Source of the DNA: Longimicrobiales bacterium
GTDB lineage: Bacteria > Gemmatimonadota > Gemmatimonadetes > Longimicrobiales > Gaopeijiaceae
Assembly: GCA_965116905.1 (NCBI GenBank)
Contig: OZ220732.1
Span: 192,001 to 256,000, forward strand
DNA: 64,000 nt
Reading direction: 5' to 3'
Shown: one piece after another, positions 37,293 through 49,956 of the stretch
Numbering within the stretch: the first letter of the stretch is position 1
Layout of the letters: each line of letters starts with the position of its first letter
Program-made: the position numbers and the translations under genes
The notes under the pieces: generated by a model
Database searches by the model: none
The model's input: only the letters and a program-made list of their open reading frames with translations
What the model was told of the DNA's origin: nothing

Positions 37293-38666
37293 ATGACTAG
37301 ACAACTGGGCCGTCTCCTGACGGCAGGTCTCTTCGCCACCGTCTTCACGGCGTGCGAACTGACCGTACCCGATTTCAACAACCCAAGCGTTGAGGATCTG
37401 CAGAACAACCCGAACACGGCGGCCATCGCGGCCGCGGCGCAGGGCCTGCTGTTCGACACGCGTCTCACCGCGGCCGACATGGTGCACTGGGTCGGCGCCT
37501 TCGGCCGCGAAGTCTACCCCATGGCGCCCACCGGTTCTTCCCTGCCGGGCAGCGTCCGCGACCCCTGGACCCAGACGCTCTTCGTGGGGACCCAGGTCTG
37601 GGCCGAAGCGTACAAGAACATGCGCAACGCCAACCTGCTTCTGGAGGCGTTGGCGGGCGCGGAGATACCCGAACCCGACAAGGCGGCGGTGCGTGGTTTC
37701 ACCAAGACCATCCAGGCGTACGACCTGCTGCACATCGCGGTAACCCGGCGGCACCTGGGGGCACCCGTCGCGGTCGGGACCGACCCCAACGAGCCGCCGG
37801 CTCCGATTGTGGGAGAAAACGAGGTCTACGGCCACGTGATCAGCCTGCTCGACGAAGCGCGCGGCGATCTGCAGGCCGCCTCTTCCTTCCCCTTCGGCGT
37901 GACGGCCGGGCTTGCCAACTTCGCCTCGCCGGGCGACTTCATCCGCCTCAACCGCGCGATCAAGGCACGCGCGGAGGTGCATCGCAACAACTGGTCCGGC
38001 GCCCTCCAGGCGGTGGCGGAGTCCTTTGCGGGAACCAACGTGCCGCTTGCCTACGGGGCGCAGCACAGCTGGTCGGTCAACTCGGGCGACCTGGTCAACC
38101 CGGCGAACCGGCCCGACCTGCTGTACGCCAACACGCGCTTCCGCACCGAGGCGCAGGCCCGTGCGGACGGATCACCCGACCTCCGCTTCCAGACCAAGTT
38201 CAAGGAGGTTGGGGCGTATCAGCTGCTCGAAGTGGCTTCGGATCTGCAGTACACACTGTACGAGAGTCCGAGCGCTCCGTTCGTCTGGGTCAAGAACGAG
38301 GAGTTGATCCTGATTCGCGCCGAGGCAAACCTTGCAACGGGCAACCGCGCCGCGGCGATCGAGGACATCAACTTCATCCGCATGAACTCGGGTGGCCTCG
38401 AGCCGCTGCCGGATCCCTATCCCGGATCTGACGACGACCTGCTGAACGAACTGCTCTACAACAAGCGGTTCTCGCTGGTCTTCGAGTGGGGGCACACGTG
38501 GATAGACATGAACCGCTACGACAAGCTGCTGGATATCCCCGTGCTGGGTCCGCCCAGTGCCGACCAGCGGCTTCACAGCGCGATGCCCTACCCGCTGAGC
38601 GAGTGCCTCCCGCGCGAACCGGAGGTTCCGGCGGGGTGCATGACTCAGCAGGGTGTCATCCCGTAG
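37293..38666 (+). CDS. SusD/RagB lipoprotein
   Basis: Lipobox FTAC; EELILIRAEA; INFIR; KRFSLVFEWGHTWIDM; follows susC. Confidence 0.92.
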   Translation: MTRQLGRLLTAGLFATVFTACELTVPDFNNPSVEDLQNNPNTAAIAAAAQGLLFDTRLTAADMVHWVGAFGREVYPMAPTGSSLPGSVRDPWTQTLFVGTQVWAEAYKNMRNANLLLEALAGAEIPEPDKAAVRGFTKTIQAYDLLHIAVTRRHLGAPVAVGTDPNEPPAPIVGENEVYGHVISLLDEARGDLQAASSFPFGVTAGLANFASPGDFIRLNRAIKARAEVHRNNWSGALQAVAESFAGTNVPLAYGAQHSWSVNSGDLVNPANRPDLLYANTRFRTEAQARADGSPDLRFQTKFKEVGAYQLLEVASDLQYTLYESPSAPFVWVKNEELILIRAEANLATGNRAAAIEDINFIRMNSGGLEPLPDPYPGSDDDLLNELLYNKRFSLVFEWGHTWIDMNRYDKLLDIPVLGPPSADQRLHSAMPYPLSECLPREPEVPAGCMTQQGVIP

Positions 38667-39067
38667 GAGCAGCCGGACTCCGGCTTGTCGCCGCTCTTAT
38701 CGCCGCGGCGGTCGCCGGATGCGCTTCGAGTTCGGAGCGCTCCGGCGAACCGCCCGGCATGGGCGACGAGGCGGCGTGGGAGGGTGCGCCCCAGAGCAAG
38801 CTGCACGTAAACAACCGCAACTGGCTCGACATGCGCATCTACGCGTTGCGCGGGGCGGACCGGATGGCCCTTCTTACGATCACAAGCATGAGGCGCGACT
38901 CGGTGCCCCTGCCACGGAGCCTGCTCATGGGCTCGGGGTTCCGGTTGCAGGCCGATCCCATCGGCGATCGGCCATACCGCAGCAGTGTGATCTACGTGCG
39001 TCCCGGACAAACCGTGTGGTGGAGGCTCGAGAACGTGCTGGGCCAGTCCAGCCTGTGGATCTATTGA
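38636..39067 (+). CDS. Small lipoprotein of unknown function
   Basis: Hydrophobic stretch with lipobox VAGC; VNNRNWLDMRIY beta-rich domain. Start (GTG 38636) uncertain. Confidence 0.6.
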   Translation: MHDSAGCHPVGAAGLRLVAALIAAAVAGCASSSERSGEPPGMGDEAAWEGAPQSKLHVNNRNWLDMRIYALRGADRMALLTITSMRRDSVPLPRSLLMGSGFRLQADPIGDRPYRSSVIYVRPGQTVWWRLENVLGQSSLWIY

Positions 39068-39095
39068 AAAGAGAAACACTGACCAAGGAGCAGTC

Positions 39096-41075
39096 ATGAC
39101 CAGCCATCGGAAACCGGCGGGTATCCGCCGCGTGCCCGGAGCCGCCCTCACCCTCACCGCCGTCGCAATCCTGACAGCGGCCACAGGTCTCCAGGCCCAG
39201 AAGCCCGACATCCTCACCATCGACCAGCTGCTTTCCATCGAATCGGTGGTCTCCGGCTCGCCGGCCTGGTCGCCCGACGGCTCGGGAATCCTGTTCCAGT
39301 CGTCCCTCTCGGGCGGGCTGATGACCATCTCCCCCGACGGCGGCTTCCCCACACGCCTGCCGATCGAGATGGGCAGCTCGGGCCACTTCCTGGCCTCCCA
39401 GTTGCCGGGCTGGTCGCCGTCCGGCAACTGGATCTCGTACGTGTCCGACAAGGACGGCTCGCCCGAGATCTGGATCTGGTCCACCCGTGACGGCACCGAG
39501 AGGCGGCTGACCGGCCTGGGCGGGCGCATCAACTCGATGACCTGGTCGCCCGACGAGCGCTCGATCGCCTTCGCCGGCGACCGCTACGGCAACTACGACA
39601 TCTGGACCGTCGAGGTCGCCACCGGGCGCGTCCAGCGCATCACCAGCGACAAGCTCTACGAGGTCTTCCCGACCTGGACCCCCGACTCGGAGCGCATCCT
39701 CTACGTACGCCTCAACGACACCTGGGAGGACCACGACGTGATCGAGGTCGCTCCCGACGGCTCGGGCGCGCGCACCGTGCTCCAGGACTCCGACTTCTTC
39801 GACTATGGCGCCGGCACCACCTTCGCCTATCCGCGGGTCTCCCCCGACGGCAGCCAGGTCCTCTTCCGCTCCCACCGCAGCGGCTGGATCAACTATTGGC
39901 TCGCCCCGATCGGAGGTGGAGAACCCCGTCCGATCGCCGCCGCCGAGGCCGACCAGAGCAGCGCCAGCTGGTCGCCGGACGGCAGCATGATCGCGTACAT
40001 CGAGAACCACAACGGCCATCACGACCTGCGCGTTGTTGCCGCGGACGGCGGGAAGCCACGCGTGCTGGCGTCGCCGGGCGGAATGGGCGGCAATTCCGCA
40101 GGCGGCGTCGCGTCCAATCCCTCCTGGTCGCCCGACGGACGGTCGATCTCGTACACGATGGCCGACCTTCTGACCCCTCAGGATCTGTATGTGGTGTCTT
40201 TGGAGGACGGCCATGGCCGCCAGCTCACCTCGTCCATGCCGGCCGGGAACTTTGGGGCGCGATTGATCCTGCCGGAGAAGGTTCACTACCCCAGCACGGA
40301 CGGATACTCGATCCCCGCCTACCTGTACCGCCCGGTGGGAGTCCCGGCGGGTGAGCGGGCGCCCGGCATCCTGTGGATCCACGGCGGACCCACCTCGCAG
40401 TTCAACGACACCTTCCAGCAGCACGTGCAGTTCTTCGCCCAGCGCGGGTACGCGGTGCTGCTGCCCAACATCCGGGGCAGTTCCGGGTACGGGAAAGCCT
40501 TCGCCGACGCCAACAACAACTGCTGGGGCCACTGCGACCTGGAAGACGTGCTCGCCGGCGTCGACTTCCTGAAGACGCAGCCCGAGGTGGATCCGGACCG
40601 GATCGGCCTGACGGGCACCAGCTACGGCGGCGTGATGAGCATGTACGCGGCGTCGTTCGCGCCGGACGCCTTCCGCGCGATCATCCCCGGCTCGGGGTAC
40701 GGCGACTGGATCCACTTCTACACCGGCGAGAACGAGCTGCGGCACATCAAGCTGCTCGAGCATGAACTCGGGCCCTTCGAGACGAGCCAGGACGTATGGC
40801 GCAACAGCTCGGCGATCTTCGAGATCGACAAGGTCTCGACGCCGATCTTCATGGTGCACGGCGAGGGGCGGTACCCGGGGTCGGACCAGTCCGAGATCTT
40901 CGCGCAGGCGCTGGAGAACTTCTACAAGCCGTACGAGTACACGACGTACCCGAACGAGAACTACTACGTCCGGGGCAAGGCCAACCGGCGCCAGATGCTG
41001 TTCGACATGCTGGACTTCTTCCGCCGTTTCCTGAACGACGAAATGGTGGACACGGGCGAAAGGATGAACCGATGA
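39096..41075 (+). CDS. S9-family peptidase-like protein with PD40 propeller (paralog 1; non-canonical triad)
   Basis: Signal peptide; WSPDG repeats; WIHGGP, PNIRGSSGYG, GTSYGG; HGEGRYP and YPNENYY at the Asp and His positions. Confidence 0.9.
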   Translation: MTSHRKPAGIRRVPGAALTLTAVAILTAATGLQAQKPDILTIDQLLSIESVVSGSPAWSPDGSGILFQSSLSGGLMTISPDGGFPTRLPIEMGSSGHFLASQLPGWSPSGNWISYVSDKDGSPEIWIWSTRDGTERRLTGLGGRINSMTWSPDERSIAFAGDRYGNYDIWTVEVATGRVQRITSDKLYEVFPTWTPDSERILYVRLNDTWEDHDVIEVAPDGSGARTVLQDSDFFDYGAGTTFAYPRVSPDGSQVLFRSHRSGWINYWLAPIGGGEPRPIAAAEADQSSASWSPDGSMIAYIENHNGHHDLRVVAADGGKPRVLASPGGMGGNSAGGVASNPSWSPDGRSISYTMADLLTPQDLYVVSLEDGHGRQLTSSMPAGNFGARLILPEKVHYPSTDGYSIPAYLYRPVGVPAGERAPGILWIHGGPTSQFNDTFQQHVQFFAQRGYAVLLPNIRGSSGYGKAFADANNNCWGHCDLEDVLAGVDFLKTQPEVDPDRIGLTGTSYGGVMSMYAASFAPDAFRAIIPGSGYGDWIHFYTGENELRHIKLLEHELGPFETSQDVWRNSSAIFEIDKVSTPIFMVHGEGRYPGSDQSEIFAQALENFYKPYEYTTYPNENYYVRGKANRRQMLFDMLDFFRRFLNDEMVDTGERMNR

Positions 41076-43099
41076 GACGCATTGACACCCTCTCCCGCAG
41101 CCTTGTGGCTTTGATCCTCGCGGGGGGACTCGCCTGCCAGACCGACGCTCCGGCCGGGGGAGATGCGGGCGGTTCGGCAACACCCGCGGACGCTTCGGCG
41201 CCTGACGGAGCCATCTCCGCCGCCGAACTCGTCGACCTGACCGCGGCGGTGGGCGGCACCCATCCGCCCAGGTGGTCGCCGGACGGCTCGCGGATCACGT
41301 TCGTCTCCGGCGGCGACCTGGGCGCGGTCAGGACGGAAGACGGCGCCTTCGAGATCCTGACCGAGGACCTGTCGCTGAGCGGCGTCGGGTCGCTGGGGGC
41401 GCCGCAGCCCATCTGGTCGCCCGACGGCCGCTGGATCGGCTACACCTCGGACAAGAGCGGCGCGCCGGACATCTGGCTCTGGTCGGCCGTGGAGGGGGAC
41501 GGGATGCGGGCCGGCGCCGACGTGCAGCTGACCGGGCTGTCGGCGCGGGCCAACGGGCTGGCGTGGTCACCCGACGGCACCCGGATCGCGTTTTCCGGCG
41601 ACCGGTTCGGCAACATGGACATCTGGACCGTGTCCGTGCCGGACGGCAAGGTAAGCCGCCTGACCGACGACCCGCTCTACGAGGGCTATCCCAGCTGGAC
41701 GCCCGATGGAAGCCGGCTTCTCTACGTGCGCATGGACGATCGCTGGGTGGACCACGATGTCATCGAGGTGGACCCGGACGGGAAGAACCCGCGCACGGTC
41801 GTGCAGGACCGGGGGTTCTTCGATTACCGGGCCGGGCGGGCCTTCGCGTCGGCGCAGGTGTCGCCGGACGGGGAGACGGTGCTGTTTCGGTCGCAGAGCA
41901 GCGGATGGCTGAACTTCTGGGTGGTGCCGCGGGACGGCGGCGGCGAGCCCGGCGGCGCCGAGCCCCGCCAGATCGCCGCATCGAACTACGACCAGAGCGA
42001 CGCGCGCTGGTCCCCCGACGGCAACTGGATCAGCTACACCGAGAACCGCGACGGCGTGCACTCGCTGCGCCTCGTCTCGGCCGACGGCTCGAAGCACAGG
42101 GTGCTGGTGGACCCGGAGGTGGGCGCCGCGCTGCGGGCGGAGTGGTCACCGGACGGCAGCCGGATCAGCTACACGATGGAGACGCCCACGCGCCCCGCCG
42201 AGCTGTTCGTGCTCGACATCGAGTCCGGCGAGAGCACGCTCCTTCACAGCACCGTCGCGGCGGGCTCGGCCGAGAAGCTGCACATGCCCGAGAAGGTGAG
42301 CTATCCCAGCAGCGACGGCCTCACGATCGAGGCGTACCTGCACCGGCCGCCGGGCGCGGAGCCGGGTGAGCGGTTCCCGGGCGTGATGTGGATCCATGGC
42401 GGGCCCACGTCACAATTCGACGACCAGTTCCGCCGACACCAGCAGGTGCACTTCTTCGCGCAGCGTGGGTACGTCGTCCTCATGCCCAACATCCGCGGGA
42501 GCTCGGGATACGGCCTCGAGTTCGAGGACCTCAACAACGGCTGCTGGGGCCACTGCGACCTGGAAGACGTGCTCGCGGGCGTAGACTACCTGAAAACACT
42601 GCCCGACGTCGACCCCGACCGGATCGCGGTGACAGGGACCAGCTACGGCGGCATCATGACGATGGACGCGGTGGCGTTCGCGCCCGGCGTGTTCCAGGCC
42701 GCGATCGCGCTGTCGGGCTATGGCGACATGACCGACTTCCACACCAGGGTGCACGAGCTGCAGCACATCAAGCTCCTGGAGTACGAGCTCGGTCCCTACC
42801 CCGAGAACCGGGACGTCTACCTGAACAGCTCGGCCATCCTGAAGGCCCATGAGGTGACCACGCCCACTTTCGTGATTCAGGGCGAGGGGGTCGCGGCCGA
42901 CTGGCGGCTGCGCGAGGACCAACCGCAGGCAGCGCTCGACTTCGCGCGCAAGCTCGATCAGCACTACAAGATCGTGCGCTACAAGGCCTACCCGGGCGAG
43001 GGATACTACGTGTACGGGCGGGACAACACGATCCAGAAGCTCCACGACATGCTGGGCTTCTTCGAGGAGTTTCTGGTGACGGAAATCGGCGGTATGTAA
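41072..43099 (+). CDS. S9-family peptidase-like lipoprotein with PD40 propeller (paralog 2; non-canonical triad)
   Basis: ATGA overlap; lipobox GLAC; WSPDG repeats; WIHGGP, GTSYGG; QGEGV and YPGEGYY. Confidence 0.9.
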   Translation: MRRIDTLSRSLVALILAGGLACQTDAPAGGDAGGSATPADASAPDGAISAAELVDLTAAVGGTHPPRWSPDGSRITFVSGGDLGAVRTEDGAFEILTEDLSLSGVGSLGAPQPIWSPDGRWIGYTSDKSGAPDIWLWSAVEGDGMRAGADVQLTGLSARANGLAWSPDGTRIAFSGDRFGNMDIWTVSVPDGKVSRLTDDPLYEGYPSWTPDGSRLLYVRMDDRWVDHDVIEVDPDGKNPRTVVQDRGFFDYRAGRAFASAQVSPDGETVLFRSQSSGWLNFWVVPRDGGGEPGGAEPRQIAASNYDQSDARWSPDGNWISYTENRDGVHSLRLVSADGSKHRVLVDPEVGAALRAEWSPDGSRISYTMETPTRPAELFVLDIESGESTLLHSTVAAGSAEKLHMPEKVSYPSSDGLTIEAYLHRPPGAEPGERFPGVMWIHGGPTSQFDDQFRRHQQVHFFAQRGYVVLMPNIRGSSGYGLEFEDLNNGCWGHCDLEDVLAGVDYLKTLPDVDPDRIAVTGTSYGGIMTMDAVAFAPGVFQAAIALSGYGDMTDFHTRVHELQHIKLLEYELGPYPENRDVYLNSSAILKAHEVTTPTFVIQGEGVAADWRLREDQPQAALDFARKLDQHYKIVRYKAYPGEGYYVYGRDNTIQKLHDMLGFFEEFLVTEIGGM

Positions 43100-43208
43100 G
43101 GTTCAGTATACATAAGGGCGATATACGACTATTCAAATAGGCGATGTCGTCGTGGGGGAGCGTTGATGCGCGCAGCTCCAGCCGATCGTCACGATCTCTA
43201 CAGCCGAC

Positions 43209-43664
43209 TCAGTCCTCAACCAGGCGCTTGCCCATGCTCAGCACGTCGTCTTCCGCGTATCCGATCGAGCGGTAGAACCCAACGGCTGCGGTGTTCGATC
43301 TCCTGACTTGCACGCTGATCTTCGGACAGCCCATCTCGCGGAGCCGTTCTTCGGCCTGGTCCATCAGGAGCCGTCCGAAGCCCCGCTCTCTGCTGTCCGG
43401 GGCAACGGCCAGATAGTTGATCCAGCCGCGGTGGCCTTCGTACCCCGCCATCACGGTCGCGACCGGCCGGCCGTCAAGGAGTCCTACGAGAAACAGCTCC
43501 CGCTGGACCCGCAGCTTGCGTCCGATGTCCTTGATCGGATCGTTCCACGGCCTGCTCAGACCGCACTTGTGCCATAGCGCGACGACGGCGTCTTCGTCCG
43601 ACTCGCGGTAAGGGCGGATCTCCAGCTCAACCTCCCGGCGGAGACGTGATCGGGAACTCGACAA
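43209..43664 (-). CDS. GNAT acetyltransferase (YpeA-like)
   Basis: EIRPY, RPWNDP..DI.RK, VMAGYEGHRGWINYLAV, GCPKI, FYRSIGY. Start uncertain (TTG 43664 or CTG 43625). Confidence 0.9.
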   Translation of the reverse strand: MSSSRSRLRREVELEIRPYRESDEDAVVALWHKCGLSRPWNDPIKDIGRKLRVQRELFLVGLLDGRPVATVMAGYEGHRGWINYLAVAPDSRERGFGRLLMDQAEERLREMGCPKISVQVRRSNTAAVGFYRSIGYAEDDVLSMGKRLVED

Positions 43665-44478
43665 TGGCGTCGACGATCCCGCGAGCCACGCGGTCGGGCT
43701 GCCCGATGATCAGTTCGCGGTCGGCAGCGCTGGTGAGGAAGCCGGTCTCGATGATCGCCGCGATGGTCATGGGATGCAGCGCGTGCTCGTAGCGCCGGAA
43801 GTTGAAGGCGTAGTAGTTGCGCATGCGCCGGGTCGTGTCCGGAAGCCGCCGGATGCCTGTGGCCGCGCCGTAGGTGCGCTTGAGCAGGTCGACGAAGCCT
43901 GGAGCCCGCCCGGTCGCATCGCGGCTCGGCGCCGCCACCCGGTAGCCTCTCACGTTCCGGTCGTTGCTCGCGTCCGCGTGGATGGCAAGGAAGAGGTGGG
44001 CGCGGTAGCCGGGCGGCACCACGGCCGGCAGGATGTCAACCACATAGCCCAACTCTTCCAGCATGGCGCCCGTGCGGCGGGCGATCACGAGATTGACCTC
44101 CCATTCGGCGGTGCCGTTCCAGTTGGCGCCGTTGCCGCGCAGCCGTGACAGCTCGCGCGGGGCTTCGTTCGCCCGCCAGTGACCCACCTGCAGGCCGATG
44201 CGTACGGGTCCGTCCGGCGGCTGCCACTCAGCGGGCGTGGGGATGGGGCCAGGGTACCGGTTGCGGTAGCGCCACCGCCTGCGCTGCTGCTGCGGCGGCT
44301 CCTGGGCTCGCTGGACAACAGGCGTGTCCTGTACGAAGGCGAGCGCCAGCACTTCATCGGCTGCGAGCTCGACTCCACCTGCGGGCTCGATCCTACCGGC
44401 GGGCCCGACTCCACCGGCAGACCCGCCCAATGCGATCAAACACCACGCCCCAACGGCTGCCGACACGATGATCTTCAC
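43627..44478 (-). CDS. N-acetylmuramoyl-L-alanine amidase (Amidase_3-like), exported
   Basis: GLQVGH, EWEVNL, LAIHAD, IIETGFLTS: Zn ligands and catalytic Glu pattern. Confidence 0.85.
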   Translation of the reverse strand: MKIIVSAAVGAWCLIALGGSAGGVGPAGRIEPAGGVELAADEVLALAFVQDTPVVQRAQEPPQQQRRRWRYRNRYPGPIPTPAEWQPPDGPVRIGLQVGHWRANEAPRELSRLRGNGANWNGTAEWEVNLVIARRTGAMLEELGYVVDILPAVVPPGYRAHLFLAIHADASNDRNVRGYRVAAPSRDATGRAPGFVDLLKRTYGAATGIRRLPDTTRRMRNYYAFNFRRYEHALHPMTIAAIIETGFLTSAADRELIIGQPDRVARGIVDAIVEFPITSPPGG

Positions 44479-44633
44479 GAACAGACTCCTTCACGAGGGT
44501 GGCCCGGTGCGGGCGATAGCCTTGGCAACGGTCCCGGTACCCACGTCGTCCGGAGCGTGCGTTTCCCTGCCCGGTGCTCCTGAACTTCGCGAAGTGCCTC
44601 GAGCACCTCTGCTGCGATATTCCGTTCACTCAT
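44475..44633 (-). pseudogene. Truncated HigA-type antitoxin remnant (N-terminus only, HTH missing)
   Basis: MSERNIAAEVLEALREVQEHRAGKRTLRT resembles N-termini of HTH antitoxins, then diverges and stops at 52 aa. Confidence 0.55.
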
Positions 44634-45348
44634 TCTCAATCTCCCTGGCCACCCTGCGCCACTCAGCACGTTCACCCCCGTCCGCCGAGGCCGTAGTGAT
44701 CGTCGTGACGTGCAGGTTGAGTCCGTGATTGACCCGCAGGCCGAAGACGCCGTCCGTGGCAAGGCCTTCCCGCGGCCCGCTCCACACCTCCTCGCCGTTG
44801 ACCGAGAAGCTCAGTTCGTCGCCCGCGGCTTCGAGCACCAGCACGTTCTTCGCCGTGGCCGAGCCCTCCGGTTTCGTAGCGTAGGACACGATCGAGGGGT
44901 GGGCGGTCCAGTTGTGGACGACCGGGGTCTCGCCGCCGGCGCGACTCTTCACAAGGAATTCGCCGCCCTCACGCAGCAGGAAGTACGTGTAGCGCTGATC
45001 CGGGCCCTGGAGGTCCGAGCCGCCGATGAAGAAGCCGAACGCCTCCCGCCGTCCCTGTGGGTCGAAGAGGAAGGTCTCGGACTCGATGCGAAAGTCTCCC
45101 GTCGCAACCGAATCGGGGTGCCAGGCGATCATCGCGGGGCCGGTGGTGACGTGGTAGCCGGGAGTCATGGTGACGAGGTAGAGGTCGTCCATGCTGGCGC
45201 CCTCGCGGTCGAAGCGGACCTGCCAGCCTTCGGGGAAGGGCAGTCCTTCGTCGTCCTGGGCGGCGGCGGGGAGGGCCGTGAGCGCCGAGGCTGATGCGGC
45301 GATGGCGAGCGCGATCGACGTGGTGGGCAAGCAGGTCTTTCTGAACAT
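44626..45348 (-). CDS. Exported beta-sandwich (ConA/LamG-like) protein of unknown function
   Basis: Signal peptide ending AAA-Q; beta-rich sequence; FSVNGEEV, GVFGLRVNH. Confidence 0.75.
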   Translation of the reverse strand: MFRKTCLPTTSIALAIAASASALTALPAAAQDDEGLPFPEGWQVRFDREGASMDDLYLVTMTPGYHVTTGPAMIAWHPDSVATGDFRIESETFLFDPQGRREAFGFFIGGSDLQGPDQRYTYFLLREGGEFLVKSRAGGETPVVHNWTAHPSIVSYATKPEGSATAKNVLVLEAAGDELSFSVNGEEVWSGPREGLATDGVFGLRVNHGLNLHVTTITTASADGGERAEWRRVAREIENE

Positions 45349-45481
45349 GTGGTGTCCTGGTATCGAAGAGGTGTCGGCGGGGCTCGGAGTTCCGTGACGG
45401 CTCCTGGGGATCGATCCCCCGTCGGTCAGCCCAGTCTGGTGGGCTCGCCGGTCCGGGACAAGCCCTCCGGCCGAAAAACGG

Positions 45482-46686
45482 TCATCGCGGGGGGTTCAGG
45501 CGCCGCCCGACCACATGGGGCACGCCAAGCGGATCGTCACGGGTTCCCCAGACGTGCGTGGCCGTCGCGTCCGCGGCTTGCAGGCCTTCGGGCAGCAGAA
45601 CCCGGCGGGGCTCACCGGACGTGTCGCCCCGCGGAATCGTGTAGTACACCCGCAGCGTGTCCACCCTCTCGAAGGTCTTGAGCCACACGTCGTCCGAGGC
45701 GGCAAGAAGGAAGCTCTCTGCGGCCGGCAGGTACTCGGGTTTGTAGAGCGCTTCCTCGAATGCCTGCAGGTAGCTGAGTTGCTGTGCGGGTGACCAACCG
45801 GGTCTCTGAAACTCAGGGCCCTTTCGGATATCGACCACTTCCTGGATCCGATCCGGCGTGAGTGCCAGCGGATCGAATTGCAGGCGCCGCTCCCACAGCG
45901 TATCTCCGCGCGCGTCGAGTTCGAGGAGGTCGAGAGAGCCGGGCGGTCCGCCGGACCGCCGCATGATCAGGATTCTCCCATGCGCGAACGCGGTATAGTC
46001 ATAGTCTCCGAAGCGTTGGGCCGTGAAGCTGCGCATGTCATCCATTACGACGGTAAGCTGCGCGTTGCGTGTGTCCTGCCAGAAGATCTCTTCGGGTGGC
46101 AGCCACTGTCCCGCATCGGAGCGCCGGACGAGCAGGAGAGGTTGGCGCACCATCGGGGGGCCTCCCAGCAACCCCGCCATCCTGGACGCGGAGTACAATG
46201 GCCTGACCACGTATCCTCCGTCGGCTGTGGGTGTTTCGATGCCCACGCGCGTATTCCGATAGCGCAGCGCTGTCGTCGTGCCGATCTCCGTGCCCTTCAG
46301 CACCCCATCCGCAGTGTAGTGAGTGAACCGTGTGCCCCAACCCTCGCGCACCGAGAACCCGCCATCCTCGTTGAAGTAGACTCGCGACGGCTGGTTGAAC
46401 TCGCCGGGCCCCTCGCCCTTCCTCCCGACCACGAACTGCAGGGATCCGTCCGGATTCCAGACGCTGACCTGGGTCTCCATCGGGTCGACGACAAAGATTC
46501 TCTCTCGGCGGGGGTCGGCTCGGAGAAAGGCCCAGTTGAACAGCACGCCCTGTTCGACCGTGCCGGTGAATCGGTACTCCAGCTCGGTCCGCCACTCTTC
46601 GTGTTTTCGCGCGACAGAATCGTGCGCGCCGCCGCACCCAATGCACATGACCAGCAGCATGGCTGAAGCAACCGGGGGCACTCGCT

Positions 46687-46693
<7 letters not shown>
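45482..46693 (-). CDS. Six-bladed beta-propeller (NHL-like) lipoprotein
   Basis: Lipobox CIGC; VGRKGEGPGEF; DPLGVPHVVGRRL; start overlaps the addA stop. Confidence 0.78.

Positions 46694-49952
<3,259 letters not shown>

Positions 49953-49956
<4 letters not shown>

Noticed and set aside
43100..43208. Relatively AT-rich spacer between convergent genes as an sRNA or attachment site
   Set aside because: Only weak hairpins, no recognisable motif or flanking repeat.
45406..45419. Perfect 14-bp palindrome ggggatcgatcccc
   Set aside because: Single copy with no recognisable promoter context; could be an operator but cannot be supported.
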